A DNA stretch of 64,000 nt from Eledone cirrhosa (Eukaryota). The translations under genes and the position numbers were made by a program. Location: assembly GCA_964016885.1 (NCBI GenBank), contig CAXHJY010000826.1, positions 1 through 64,000 on the forward strand. The letters are read 5' to 3'. The notes beneath the pieces are model-generated. The model had not been told where the DNA came from. It saw only the letters and a program-made list of their open reading frames with translations, and searched no databases. Of the stretch, positions 1 through 15,540 are shown piece by piece. Each line of letters begins with the position of its first letter. Within the stretch, counting starts at the first letter, position 1.

Positions 1-8
1 TATACATA

Positions 9-40
<32 letters not shown>

Positions 41-403
41 TGTGTATGTTCGTGGGTATGTGTATATTTATGTGTATATGCGCGTGAGTATGTGAATGTA
101 TGTATATGTTGTGTGTATATATGAATGTGTATATATGTTTATATACGTATGTGTATTTTATCTGTAGATTATAAACATACAGAGACATTAGCCCTGAATT
201 TTTGTATTTACATACAATTTTTCGACATGCGTATGCATGTGAACATATATTTTTATGCATATCTGTGAACGAAGTTACTTACATATATACACACACCTAA
301 CTGTATTTTCTTGATATATTTTTGTGTATTTCATTGGTCAATTTGAACTCTGTTCCCAAACAGACCTGTAATTTTGAATTGTTGTTATTATCAATAAATA
401 TAT

Positions 404-555
404 TTCATTATTCTGAAGACGGCATATGTATGTGATGGTATGTATATTAGATTTGATAGTTTGTATAATTTTGTATAATTTTGTACATAGATCTGTTGAA
501 TATGCATGCCAATTCTAACACATATATGTCCTAGAAACGATCGTTAAATAATGAA
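404..555 (+). ncRNA. Type I hammerhead ribozyme, family A (very long stem II)
   Basis: ttcattatt-CTGAAGA(413-419)-long stem II (ggcatatgtatgtg...cacatatatgtcc)-GAAA-cgatcg palindromic stem III-TT(A)-aataatgaa. Helix I arms are complementary. A second copy lies at 56779-56925. Confidence 0.7.
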
Positions 556-749
556 CTTTTTTTGTTTAATATAAGGAACTGTTTCATTGTTTTATTCATT
601 ATTTTTTTAATACTTTATCTTGACTCTGTATTCCGTTTATCTTTCACCGAAAGTGATTTTTGAATGCATCTCTTCTTTCCATGATATCCGGATTACATTG
701 AGTTCTTCATACGGATTGGACACTACCGTAAACTTTTGGTAGATTTATC

Positions 750-750
<1 letters not shown>

Positions 751-813
<63 letters not shown>

Positions 814-815
814 CA
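751..815. repeat. (TA)n microsatellite
   Basis: Direct reading. Confidence 0.95.
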
Positions 816-1118
816 TCTAGAATAAAGAGCAGGTATTGCAATAGCCTGGGATTCAAGGGCCCTCAACTCTTCAACAGGCTGCCGAGGGATCTGAGAGATT
901 TGCATGACGTGGAGATGGATGTCTTCAAGAAACATCTCGACACCTTGTTATCAAGGATCCCACAGCAAGACACGAGGGAAACCTAAGGGCAGCAGCAACA
1001 AACTCCCTCTTACACCAGTGGCCAACCTATACAGGCTGGAGATAAAATGTGTAGCAACAAGGGCGGTGCCCCAGCATGGCCTCAGCCGGGTGGCTGAAAC
1101 AGGTAAGAGTGTAAAAGA
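816..1118 (+). mobile_element. 3' remnant of a CR1/L2-group LINE
   Basis: One frame reads [48 protein letters not shown], resembling the GPxLFNxLP...FKxxLD C-terminus of CR1-group ORF2. The tail ggtgccccagcatggc...ggctgaaaca recurs at ~34408-34450. Confidence 0.6.
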
Positions 1119-3115
<1,997 letters not shown>

Positions 3116-3319
3116 GTACAAGATGTCTGGTAAGACCTACACATCTGCTTATGGGCTTCACAAGAAACTGCAGTGGAATCATTTAAAGAGGTCGAACCCA
3201 GATGTCACCTCAGACAGGATGTGACCCCACAGACAGGAAGTGACCCCGCTTACCACAGAAGGGTGTAGACATCTTACGATGATAGGCACTGTTTTGTTCA
3301 CTTAATAGTAGTAAATATC

Positions 3320-3320
<1 letters not shown>

Positions 3321-3352
<32 letters not shown>

Positions 3353-3918
3353 GGTGGTGGTGGTGGTGGTGGTGTTGGTGGTGGTGGTGGTGGTGGTGGT
3401 GGTATTGGTGGTGGTGGTGGTGGTGGTGGTGGTATTGGTGGTGGTGGTGTTGCTGGTGGTGGTGGTGGTGGTGTTGGTAGTGGTGGTGGTGTTATTGGTG
3501 GTGGTGGTGGTGGTGGTGGTGGTGGTATTGGTGGTGGTGGTGTTGGTGGTAGTGGTGGTGTTGGTGGTAGTGGTGGTGTTGTTGTTGGCGGTGGTGTTGT
3601 CGTGGTTGTCGGTGGTTGTGGTGGTGGTGTTGTTTTTGGTGTTGTTGTTGTCGGTGGTGGTGATGTTGTTGGTGGTGGTGGTGTTGTTGCTGTTGCTGGT
3701 GGAATTGTTGTTGTTGATGGTGGTGTTTTTGTTTGTGTTGTTCTTGTAGATGGTGGTGGTGGTGTGGGTGTTGTTGCTCGTGGTGGTGGTTGTGATGGTG
3801 ACGGTGGTGTTGGTGTTGTTGTTGTTTGTGGTGCTGGTGGTGGTGGTGGTGGTGGTGGTGGCGTTGCTACTCTTGTTGTTGTTGTTGCTGTAGTAGTAGG
3901 CGTCGTTGTTGCTGTTGT
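3321..3918. repeat. (GGT/GTT)n trinucleotide low-complexity tract
   Basis: Direct reading. Confidence 0.95.
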
Positions 3919-4040
3919 CAAAACACTGGGTGTAAGACTAATTTTTTTGTTTTTCTGGCGTCTCTTTACGTTTTCTCCTGCCGAGATCACCTTCCAGGAT
4001 CGATAAAATGATGTGGATAGATCGATGGATGGGATTGATT

Positions 4041-7000
4041 GGAGTTGTGTTGGTAAAGACAGAAACAAGACAACGTACGTTAGTAAGTAAAAACCAGGAG
4101 TTGTGTTGGTAAAGACAGAAACAAGACAACGTACGTTAGTAAGTTAAAACCAGGAGTTGTGTTGGTAAAGACAGAAATAAGACAACGTACGTTAGTAAGT
4201 TAAAACCAGGAGTTGTGTTGGTAAAGACAGAAACAAGACAACGTACGTTAGTAAGTAAAAACCAGGAGTTGTGTTGGTAAAGACAGAAATAAGACAACGT
4301 ACGTTAGTATGTTAAAACCAGGAGTTGTGTTGGTAAAGACAGAAATAAGACACCGTACGTTAGTAAGTTAAAACCAGGAGTTGTGTTGGTAAAGACAGAA
4401 ATAAGACACCGTACGTTAGTAAGTAAAAACCAGGAGTTGTGTTGGTAAAGACAGAAATAAGACAACGTACGTTAGTAAGTTAAAACCAGGAGTTGTGTTG
4501 GTAAAGACAGAAACAAGACAACGTACGTTAGTAAGTTAAAACCAGGAGTTGTGTTGGTAAAGACAGAAACAAGACAACGTACGTTACTAAGTTAAAACCA
4601 GGAGTTGTGTTGGTAAAGACAGAAATAAGACAACGTACGTTAGTAAGTTAAAACCAGGAGTTGTGTTGGTAAAGACAGAAACAAGACAACGTACGTTAGT
4701 AAGTTAAAACCAGGAGTTGTGTTGGTAAAGACAGAAATAAGACAACGTACGTTAGTAAGTTAAAACCAGGAGTTGTGTTGGTAAAGACAGAAACAAGACA
4801 ACGTACGTTAGTAAGTTAAAACCAGGAGTTGTGTTGGTAAAGACAGAAACAAGACAACGTACGTTAGTAAGTTAAAACCAGGAGTTGTGTTGGTAAAGAC
4901 AGAAACAAGACAACGTACGTTAGTAATATAAACCAGGAGTTGTGTTGGTAAAGACAGAAACAAGACAACGTACGTTAGTATGTTAAAACCTGGAGTTGTG
5001 TTGGTAAAGCCAGAAATAAGACAACGTACGTTAGTAAGTTAAAACCAGGAGTTGGGTTGGTAAAGACTGAAACCAGACAACGTACGTTAGTAAGTAAAAA
5101 CCAGGAGTTGTGTTGGTAAAGACAGAAATAAGACAACGTACGTTAGTAAGTTAAAACCAGGAGTTGTGTTGGTAAAGACAGAAATAAGACAACGTACGTT
5201 ACTAAGTTAAAACCAGGAGTTGTGTTGGTAAAGACAGAAATAAGACAACGTACGTTACTAAGTTAAAACCAGGAGTTGTGTTGGTAAAGACAGAAACAAG
5301 ACAACGTACGTTAGTAAGTTAAAACCAGGAGTTGTGTTGGTAAAGACAGGAATAAGACACCGTACGTTAGTAAGTTAAAACCAGGAGTTGTGTTGGTAAA
5401 GACAGAAATAAGACAACGTACGTTAGTAAGTTAAAACCAGGAGTTGTGTTGGTAAAGACATAAATAAGACAACGTACGTTAGTAAGTTAAAACCAGCAGA
5501 TGTGTTGGTAAAGACAGAAACAAGACAACGTACGTTAGTAAGTTAAAACCAGGAGTTGTGTTGGTAAAGACAGAAATAAGATAACGTACGTTACTAAGTT
5601 AAAACCAGGAGTTGTGCTGGTAAAGACAGAAATAAGACAACGTACGTTAGTAAGTTAAAACCAGGAGTTGTGTTGGTAAAGACAGAAATAAGACAACGTA
5701 CGTTAGTAAGTTAAAACCAGGAGTTGTGTTGGTAAAGACAGAAATATGACAACGTACGTTAGTAAGTAAAAACCAGGAGTTGTGTTGGTAGAGACAGAAA
5801 TAAGACAACGTACGTTAGTAAGTTAAAACCAGGAGTTGTGTTGGTAAAGACAGAAATAAGATAACGTACGTTAGTAAGTAAAAACAAGGAATTGTGTTGG
5901 TAAAGACAGAAATAAGACAACGTACGTTAGTAAGTAAAAACAAGGAATTGTTTTGGTAAAGACAGAAATAAGACAACGTACGTTAGTAAGTTAAAACCAG
6001 GAGTTGTGTTGGTAAAGACAGAAATAAGACAACATACGTTAGTAAGTAAAAACCAGGAGTTGTGTTGGTAAAGACAGAAACAAGACAACGTACGTTAGTA
6101 AGTTAAAACCAGGAGTTGTGTTGGTAAAGACAGAAATAAGACAACGTACGTTAGTAAGTTAAAACCAGGAGTTGTGTTGGTAAAGACAGAAATAAGACAA
6201 CGTACGTTAGTAATTTAAAACCAGGAGTTGTGTTGGTAAAGACAGAAACAAGACAACGTACGTTAGTAAGTTAAAACCAGGAGTTGTGTTGGTAAAGACA
6301 GAAATAAGATAACGTACGTTACTAAGTTAAAACCAGGAGTTGTGTTGGTAAAGACAGAAATAAGATAACGTACGTTACTAAGTTAAAACCAGGAGTTGCG
6401 TTGGTAAAGACAGAAACAAGACAACGTATGTTAGTAAGTTAAAACCAGGAGTTGTGTTGGTAAAGACAGAAATAAGACAACATACGTTAGTAAGTTAAAA
6501 CCAGGAGTTGTGTTGGTAGAGACAGAAATAAGACAACGTACGTTAGTAAGTTAAAATCAGGAGTTGTGTTGTAAAAGACAGAAATAAGATAACGTACGTT
6601 AGTAAGTTAAAACCAGGACTTGTGTTGGTAAAGACAGAAATAAGACAACGTACGTTAGTAAGTTAAAACCAGGAGTTGTGTTGGTAGAGACAGAAATAAG
6701 ACAACGTACGTTAGTAAGTTAAAATCAGGAGTTGTGTTGGTAAAGACAGAAATAAGATAACGTACGTTACTAAGTTAAAACCAGGAGTTGTGTTGGTAGA
6801 GACAGAAATAAGACAACATATGTTAGTAAGTTAAAACCAGGACTTGTGTTGGTAAAGACAGAAATAAGACAACGTACGTTAGTAAGTTAAAACCAGGAGT
6901 TGTGTTGGTAAAGACAGAAATAAGATAACGTACGTTACTAAGTTAAAACCAGGAGTTGTGTTGGTAAAGACAGAAATAAGACAACGTACGTTACTAAGTT

Positions 7001-9053
7001 AAAACCAGGAGTTGTGTTGGTAGAGACAGAAATAAGACAACGTACGTTACTAAGTTAAAACCAGGAGTTGTGTTGGTAAAGACAGAAATAAGACAACGTA
7101 CGTTACTAAGTTAAAACCAGGAGTTGTGTTGGTAAAGACAGAAACAAGACAACGTACGTTAGTAAGTTAAAACCAGGAGTTGTGTTGGTAAAGACAGGAA
7201 TAAGACACCGTACGTTAGTAAGTTAAAACCAGGAGTTGTGTTGGTAAAGACAGAAATAAGACAACGTACGTTAGTAAGTTAAAACCAGGAGTTGTGTTGG
7301 TAAAGACATAAATAAGACAACGTACGTTAGTAAGTTAAAACCAGCAGATGTGTTGGTAAAGACAGAAACAAGACAACGTACGTTAGTAAGTTAAAACCAG
7401 GAGTTGTGTTGGTAAAGACAGAAATAAGATAACGTACGTTACTAAGTTAAAACCAGGAGTTGTGCTGGTAAAGACAGAAATAAGACAACGTACGTTAGTA
7501 AGTTAAAACCAGGAGTTGTGTTGGTAAAGACAGAAATAAGACAACGTACGTTAGTAAGTTAAAACCAGGAGTTGTGTTGGTAAAGACAGAAATATGACAA
7601 CGTACGTTAGTAAGTAAAAACCAGGAGTTGTGTTGGTAGAGACAGAAATAAGACAACGTACGTTAGTAAGTTAAAACCAGGAGTTGTGTTGGTAAAGACA
7701 GAAATAAGATAACGTACGTTAGTAAGTAAAAACAAGGAATTGTGTTGGTAAAGACAGAAATAAGACAACGTACGTTAGTAAGTAAAAACAAGGAATTGTT
7801 TTGGTAAAGACAGAAATAAGACAACGTACGTTAGTAAGTTAAAACCAGGAGTTGTGTTGGTAAAGACAGAAATAAGACAACATACGTTAGTAAGTAAAAA
7901 CCAGGAGTTGTGTTGGTAAAGACAGAAACAAGACAACGTACGTTAGTAAGTTAAAACCAGTTGTGTTGGTAAAGACAGAAATAAGACAACGTACGTTAGT
8001 AAGTTAAAACCAGGAGTTGTGTTGGTAAAGACAGAAATAAGACAACGTACGTTAGTAAGTTAAAACCAGGAGTTGTGTTGGTAAAGACAGAAACAAGACA
8101 ACGTACGTTAGTAAGTTAAAACCAGGAGTTGTGTTGGTAAAGACAGAAATAAGATAACGTACGTTACTAAGTTAAAACCAGGAGTTGTGTTGGTAAAGAC
8201 AGAAATAAGATAACGTACGTTACTAAGTTAAAACCAGGAGTTGTGTTGGTAAAGACAGAAACAAGACAACGTATGTTAGTAAGTTAAAACCAGGAGTTGT
8301 GTTGGTAAAGACAGAAATAAGACAACATACGTTAGTAAGTTAAAACCAGGAGTTGTGTTGGTAGAGACAGAAATAAGACAACGTACGTTAGTAAGTTAAA
8401 ATCAGGAGTTGTGTTGGTAAAGACAGAAATAAGATAACGTACGTTAGTAAGTTAAAACCAGGACTTGTGTTGGTAAAGACAGAAATAAGACAACGTACGT
8501 TAGTAAGTTAAAACCAGGAGTTGTGTTGGTAGAGACAGAAATAAGACAACGTACGTTAGTAAGTTAAAATCAGGAGTTGTGTTGGTAAAGACAGAAATAA
8601 GATAACGTACGTTACTAAGTTAAAACCAGGAGTTGTGTTGGTAGAGACAGAAATAAGACAACATATGTTAGTAAGTTAAAACCAGGACTTGTGTTGGTAA
8701 AGACAGAAATAAGACAACGTACGTTAGTAAGTTAAAACCAGGAGTTGTGTTGGTAAAGACAGAAATAAGATAACGTACGTTACTAAGTTAAAACCAGGAG
8801 TTGTGTTGGTAAAGACAGAAATAAGACAACGTACGTTACTAAGTTAAAACCAGGAGTTGTGTTGGTAGAGACAGAAATAAGACAACGTACGTTACTAAGT
8901 TAAAATCAGGAGTTGTGTTGGTAAAGACAGAAATAAGACAACATATGTTAGTAAGTTAAAACCAGGACTTGTGTTGGTAAAGACAGAAATAAGACAACGT
9001 ACGTTAGTAAGTTAAAACCAGGAGTTGTGTTGGTAGAGACTGGAATAAGACAA
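4041..9053. repeat. 56-bp tandem satellite, ~89 copies
   Basis: Unit ggagttgtgttggtaaagacagaaataagacaacgtacgttagtaagttaaaacca, with starts at 4041, 4097 and onward. It contains the palindrome aacgtacgtt. Confidence 0.97.
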
Positions 9054-9189
9054 GTCCAGTATTTTTGGTAAACCATTTGCAAAGAGCGTGAAATGAATTT
9101 ATAACTGTCAGAGGTGAGAATATGAAACAAAGATTTTTGGCACTTTAGAAATAAACAAAGTTGCTAATCTCCGATTACTTACTCCTTGA

Positions 9190-9527
9190 TTGTTGTTGTT
9201 GTTGTTGTTTAGCCCTAGGTCGGTTGTGAACGAGCAGGTCTGTGATCAAAAACCTACTCATTGATTAAAGACAAAGCGGAGTTGTTGTCATTGTTGTTGT
9301 TGCTGTCGCTGTTGTTGGTGGTGGCGGTGATGGTGGTGTGGTTGTTGTTGTTGTTGTTGGTGGTGGTGTGGTTGTGTTTGTTGCTGTTGTTGGTGGTGAT
9401 GGTGGTAGTGCTGGTGATGGTGGTTTTGTTGTTGTTGGTGGTGGTGGTGATGGTGGTGTTGTTGTTCGTGGTGGTGTTGGTGTGGTTGTTGTTGTTGTTG
9501 GTGGTGGTGGTGGTGGTGGTGGTGTGG

Positions 9528-9561
<34 letters not shown>

Positions 9562-9706
9562 TGTAGTTGTTATTTGTGGTGGTGTCGTAGTTGTTGTTTT
9601 TGTTAATGGTGGTGGTGGTGGTAGTGGTGGTGGTGGTGGTGTAGTTGTTGCTGTTGTTGTTGTTAGTGGTGGTAGTGGTGGTTGTGTTGTAGTACTAGTC
9701 GTTGTT
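9190..9706. repeat. (GGT/GTT)n tract
   Basis: Direct reading. Confidence 0.9.
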
Positions 9707-9849
9707 TAGCCACGGGTCCCGCTCTAAACGACAGATCTACCATCAAATATATATTTCAGTTGCGACCATTCCTCCTTTTTGTATCTGTAGAAATACTTGT
9801 GTGGTTGTTCTTTATTGAGGTTTCTTCGTGGGTTGTTGACATTATTGTT

Positions 9850-10220
9850 CAGTATCGGTACAAGGTCAGACGCTATGCTTTGCAGCACAGTGTTAGCACC
9901 ATTTACGGTCTGAGTGCAAATCTCACCGATAAGGTAAAGTACCAGTAATGTACTACGGTAAATGCTGGCCTTGTGCCAAAAAGTAAAAACAATTATTGTT
10001 AGGTGGTGAATTGGCAGTCATCGTTAGAGTCTCGGACAACATGCTTTATGGCATAGAGTTATGACCCTTTACGTTCTGAGTTCAAATCCCGATGAGGTTA
10101 GCTTTGCCTTTAATCTTTACGGGAACCGATAAAATAAAGTACCAGTCACGCACTGGGGTCGATTTACACGACCTTCTCCCCACCCTAAAATTGCTGGCCC
10201 TGTGTCTAGACACCATTATT
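9850..10220 (+). mobile_element. Two adjacent tRNA-derived SINE copies (family S1)
   Basis: tggcagt..cggtagag head, B-box-like gagttcaaatccc, core gcctttcatccttacggggtcgataaaataaagtaccag, tail gctggccttgtgcc..agaaacaattatt. Confidence 0.75.
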
Positions 10221-10390
10221 GTTTTCTGAGGAAAACTCTGAAAGGTCAGAAAGAGGAAGTTGTTATTCCTCCACCGGAAGGGTTAAAGGAAAGTCTTGAC
10301 GATAGAGGGCACTGTGTGTAATATATTTATATGGGACAGTCATATTTATTACTTCTGTTCATTGATGTCAATGGTTGATGCTACAGAAGG

Positions 10391-11057
10391 ATACATGTGG
10401 TATTACACCATAGTCGGTGTCACACATGTGGTATTACATCACAGTCAGCGTCACACATGTGGTATTACACCATAGCCGATGTCACACATGTGGTATTATA
10501 TCATAGTGTCATACATGTGGTATCACACCATAGTCAGTATCATACATGTGGTATTTTACCATAGTCAGTGTCATATATGTGGTATTACACCATAGTCGGT
10601 GTCATACATGTCGTATTATACCATAGTCAGTATCATACATGTGATATTATACCATAGTGTCATACATGTGGAATTACAGCATGGTTGGTGTCATACAAGT
10701 GGTATAACACCATAGTCAATATCATACATAATACATGTGGTATTATAACATAGTCGGTGTCATACATAATACATGAGCTATTACAACATAGTCGGTTTCG
10801 TACATGAGGTATTGCACCATAGTGTCATGCATGTGGTATTATACCATAGTCAATACCATATATAATACATGTGGTATGCCATAGTCAGAATCAAACATGT
10901 GGTATTACTCCATAGTCAGCATCATACATATGGTATTACATCATAGCGTCATACATGTGGTATTACACCATAGTCAGCATCATACATGTGGTATTACATC
11001 ATAGTGTCATACATGTGGTATTACACCATAGTCAGTGTCATACATAATACATGTGGT
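10391..11057. repeat. Diverged ~31-bp minisatellite
   Basis: Unit ~catacatgtggtattacaccatagtcagtgt, about 20 copies. Confidence 0.9.
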
Positions 11058-11097
11058 TGAACTAACAAAGTAATGAGAAAATGGAGTAAAGAAGGTT

Positions 11098-11255
11098 AGA
11101 TCTCGCTGTATTGGACTGAAAAGGGACGGGGTAACGAGGGGGAGATCTGGCTGTATTGGACTGAAAAGGGAAGGGGTAACGAGGGGGAGATCTGGCTGTA
11201 TGGGACAGAAGAGGAAGGGGTAACGACGGGGAGATCTGGCTGTATGGGACAGTAA
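11098..11255. repeat. ~44-45-bp tandem repeat, ~3.5 copies
   Basis: agatctggctgtat.ggac.gaa.ag..aggggtaacga.ggg. Confidence 0.85.
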
Positions 11256-11339
11256 GGGAAAGGCGAGTTCATAATTGGTTTTCGAATTTGAAAATGAAGC
11301 CAAAAAAAAACACAAAAAAATTGGTTGCTGCCCCACGTT

Positions 11340-12227
11340 TGTCTGTTGTGTAGGGTCGTAATACATGGAATAAGGTGGTATCTGTTGTATAGGGTCGTAA
11401 TACTTGGAATAAGGTGGTGTCTGTTGTATAGGGTCGTAATACTTGGAATAAGGTGGTGTCTGTTGTGTACGGTCATAATACATGGAATAAGGTGGGGTCT
11501 GTTATGTAGGGTCTAATACATGGAATAAGGTGGTGTCTGTTGTGTAGGGTCGTAATACTTGGAATAAGGTGGTTCTGTTGTGTAGGGTCGTAATACATGG
11601 AATAAGGTGGTGTATGTTGTGTAGGGTCGTAATACATGGAATAAGGTGGGGTCTGTTAGTAGGGTCTAATACATGGAATAAGGTGGTGTCTGTTGTGTAG
11701 GGTCGTAATACTTGGAATAAGGTGGTGTCTGTTGTGTAGGGTCGTAATACATGGAATAAGGTGGTGTATGTTGTGTAGGGTCGTAATACATGGAATAAGG
11801 TGGTGTATGTTGTGTAGGGTCGTAATACATGGAATAAGGTGGGGTCTGTTATGTAGGGTCTAATACATGGAATAAGGTGGTGTCTGTTGCGTAGGGTCGT
11901 AATATATGGAATAAGGTGGGGTCTGTTATGTAGGGTCGTAATACATGGAATAAGGTGATGTCTGTTGTGTAGGGTCGTAATACATGGAATAAGGTTGTGT
12001 CTGTTATGTAGGGTCGTAATACATGGAATAAGGTGGTGTCTGTTGTGTAGGGTCGTAATACATGGAATAAGGTGGTGTCTGTTATGTAGGGTCGTAATAC
12101 ATGGAATAAGGTGGTGTCTGTTGTGTAGGGTCGTAATACATGGAATAAGGTGGTGTCTGTTGTGTAGGGTCGTAATATATGGAATAAGGTGGGGTCTGTT
12201 ATGTAGGGTCGTAATACATGGAATAAT
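11340..12227. repeat. 39-bp minisatellite, ~23 copies
   Basis: Unit gtctgttgtgtagggtcgtaatacatggaataaggtggt. Confidence 0.95.
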
Positions 12228-12257
12228 GTTGCATGAGGATTACAGCAAAAGAGATTG

Positions 12258-12582
12258 GTGGGTTTAACATCATGTTTGAGACACAGTGCTGACGGCCGAC
12301 CCGTGGTTTAATATCATGTTTGAGACACGGTGGTGACGGCTGATCTGGGGTTTAACTTCATGTTTGAGACACGGTGGTGACGGGTGATCCGTGGTTTAAT
12401 ATCATGTTTGAGACACGGCGGCGACGGCTGATCCGTGGTTTAACATCATGTTTCAGACGCGGTGGTGACGGGTGATCCGTGGTTTAACATCATGTTAGAG
12501 ACACGGTGGTCACGGCTGATCAGTGGTTTAACATCATGTTTGAGACACTGTATAGACCGGTATAGAACGCAGGGGTTAACAT
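12258..12582. repeat. 44-bp minisatellite, ~7 copies
   Basis: Unit gtggtttaacatcatgtttgagacacggtggtgacggctgatcc. Confidence 0.9.
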
Positions 12583-12756
12583 GGAAGAGTAAGCTGTTGG
12601 GTGTGGTCTGCAAGTACATGCAGGTCTTGTTGATTCACCTCTCCCACCCCATCAACAACAACTAAGTAGTGTATACTATTGTCGATGCAGAGATAAATGT
12701 GTGTATCTATTAATTGTGTATTTCTTTTCATAAAGTACTTCATATGTCCCAGAATG

Positions 12757-13170
12757 ATAACAGCAGCAGCTACAACAGCAACAACAACAGCTACAGCAGC
12801 AACACTAGCAGCAGCTTCAACAGCAGCAGCATCTACAACAGCAGCAACAACAGCAACAGCAGCAATACCAGCAACAACAGCTACAACAACAACAACAGCT
12901 ACACCAACAATAGCTACAACAGCATCTACAGCAGCAGCTACAACAACAACAACAGCAGCTACAACAACAGCAATTACAGCAGCAACAGCTTCAACAGCAG
13001 CAGCAACAGCAACAACACCAGCAGCTACAACAACAACTACAACAGCAACAACACCAGCAACTACAACAACAACTACAACAGCAACTACAACAACAACTAC
13101 AACAGCACCAACACCAACACCAGCAGCAACAACAGCAGCAACAACAGCACCGAATATCACAACAACAAGA
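12757..13170. repeat. (CAA/CAG)n tract
   Basis: Direct reading. Confidence 0.9.
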
Positions 13171-14324
13171 AAATAAACAAGGTTAATATTAGGAAATTAC
13201 AGGAAATATTTGGAAAAGATAGTTGGAAGGTGGAGTGAGGGAGGGTGGGTGTGGAGAGGATCTGGGTGTGGGGAAAGGGGTGGGTAGATGGTGGGGGTGA
13301 GGGTGTGGAGAGGATATGTGGGTGGGGAGAGGATCTGGGGTGGGGAGAGGGGATGAGGATGCGAGGGAGGGTGGGGAGAGGATCTGGAGGTGGGGATATG
13401 GCGGGGAGAGGATATGTGGGTGGGGAGAGGGTGGGGAGAGGATCGGGGGGTCTGGAGGAGGGGGGTCTGAGTGGGAGTAGAGGATGTGTGGTGGATGAGG
13501 GCGGTACAGTTTGAACAAACAGAAGATGTTCAGACGACACACGCAGATTAAATCTGAAAGTTTATGTTTTAAACTGTTTTTGATAGATGCATGGGATATT
13601 CCTATTGTACCCCGGGTGTAGAATAAACGAAGACGGGAAGCGTTCTTTGCTGCTGCAGTCGTAGATATTCTATTGATGTTTGGATAAATATGAAAACATT
13701 CTTCTTTAGCTCCCCTACTGATATCACAAAAACTTTGCATTTGTATAAATGTAATTTATACACTTCTGTGGACGTATGTATGTATGTATGTATGTATGTA
13801 TGTATGTATGTATGTATACGTTCGCACATTACATACACATATACATATATATGTATATATATGAATGTGTGTGTGTGGAGGGTGGGGGGTGCGTGTGTGT
13901 GTGTATCACTTTTTGAAATAACTAATATATATAATATATATATATATATATATGACTTTTAGAAATAACTGTGTGTATATATATAAGGGTGTATACATGT
14001 TTACTTAGCTCTATACATGTGGCTTTATATATTTATGTGCTGTATGTGTCTAGGTGTATATTTACATTAAGATTAAATTGGGTATCTACTGTTCTTTCAT
14101 GTTGCTTCTTCCATTCTAATGTCAGAGAGAGAAATGGACCTCCGTCAGCGTCGACGATGTTGCCTCTACTTGTTCAATCAACGGAACAGCTTGCTCTCAA
14201 AAATCAACGTTTGTATGGCTGAGTATTTTACAGACACGTGTACTCTTAAGTATCAGGGAGATGCAGCTAAATTAAGTGTGTGACAAGGCTGCCCCTCTGA
14301 GTTACAGACACAATTCATTAGTGA

Positions 14325-14820
14325 AGGGGCATGGCTTGGTGGTTAGACCATTGCGCCTGCAATCGTAAGGTTGAGAGTTTGATTCTCGGACCGGGTGATG
14401 TCTTCAGCAAGACACTTTATTTCACGTTGCTCCAGTTTACTCAGCTGTAGAAATGAGTTGCGACGTCACTGGTGCCAAGCTGTATCGGTCATAGCCTTTC
14501 CCTTGAACATCATCATATATAGTGTATATATAGGGTATAGAGTGTATATATTGAGTATAGAGGGTGTATATTTAGTATAGAGGGTGTATATTTAGTATAG
14601 AGGGTGTATATATAGAGTAACTTATGACATCACTGGCGCCAATCTGTATCAGCCATTGCCTTTCCCTTGAACATCAGTGGCATGGAGAGGGGAGACTGGT
14701 ATGCATGGGTGACTGCTAGCCTTCTATAAACAACCTTGCCCGGACTTGTGCCTCGGAGGGAAACTTTCTAGATGCAAATCCCATGGTCATTCGTGACCGA
14801 AAGGGGTCTTTACTTTACTA
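14325..14820 (+). mobile_element. tRNA-derived SINE (family S2)
   Basis: tggcttggtggttag A-box-like, gagtttgattct B-box-like, core gcaagacactttatttcacgttgctccagtttactcagctg. Related minus-strand sequence lies at ~14150-14320 and ~21135-21360. Confidence 0.65.
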
Positions 14821-14929
14821 TCATTTGATTGGGCTTCCAAACAGTTTCCGTCTACCCAATTTCATTCACAAAGCAATGGTAGACATGAGGCTGTAGTAAA
14901 TAATACTTGCCCGAGATGCCGAGTTCATA

Positions 14930-15540
14930 GATGTTGTTCAACCAGCTTGCTTGTGTGGTCTTCCCTTGGGTCTCTTGTCGATTGGTTTTTACCCTAAAAA
15001 TCTGTCCAGCGATTCTTTCCTGAGATATTCTGATCACACGCCAGAGTATCGGAACTATGATATGTCAATATATTTTGTATATTTTATTGTCTTTACCAGT
15101 CCTATCTCTATAGACATTATGTACTGCCTTCCTATAAACTGACTCTAAAGACGGTATATATTTACATGTATTATGTTAAATGTCATAACTTCTTCTTCTT
15201 GAAAGAGTCGTGGGGTCAGAGTCCTCAAACACTCCCTCCAGCAGGTCCTGTCAGAAGCACAACTGTCTCCAATCAATCTGGCTGGATCCCTAGGCGTGAC
15301 CAGCGAAGCTTTTGAATGTTATCCAACCATCTTGCTCAAGGTTTACATCTGGGTCTCCTGCCAGAAGCAACCGTTTCCAACTTATCCTGCTGGGTCCCCA
15401 AGCGATACTAGCCAAGCCGATGGATGCTATCGAACTCTCAGCTCCGGGTCTACCCCTGGGTCTCCTGCCGGTTGTTTTTTTTTCTCATAAAATCTGTCCG
15501 GCCATTCTTTCCTGTGACATTCTAACCATACATATGAACT
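14930..15540 (-). mobile_element. Two degraded RTE-clade LINE 3' fragments
   Basis: Minus strand gives SQERIAGQIF...RQETQGKT...WLNNIYEL and RPRGRP...ASDRTCWRECLRTLTPR, followed by a (GAA)n tail. These resemble the RTE ORF C-terminus. Confidence 0.5.

Noticed and set aside
4041-9053. CRISPR-like array (regular repeats with internal palindrome)
   Set aside because: There are no unique spacers and no cas genes, and the context is eukaryotic. It is a plain tandem satellite.
11965-12267. 13-aa repeat protein (CRVVIHGIRWCLL)n
   Set aside because: This is an incidental reading of the 39-bp minisatellite. Upstream units have frame-breaking indels.
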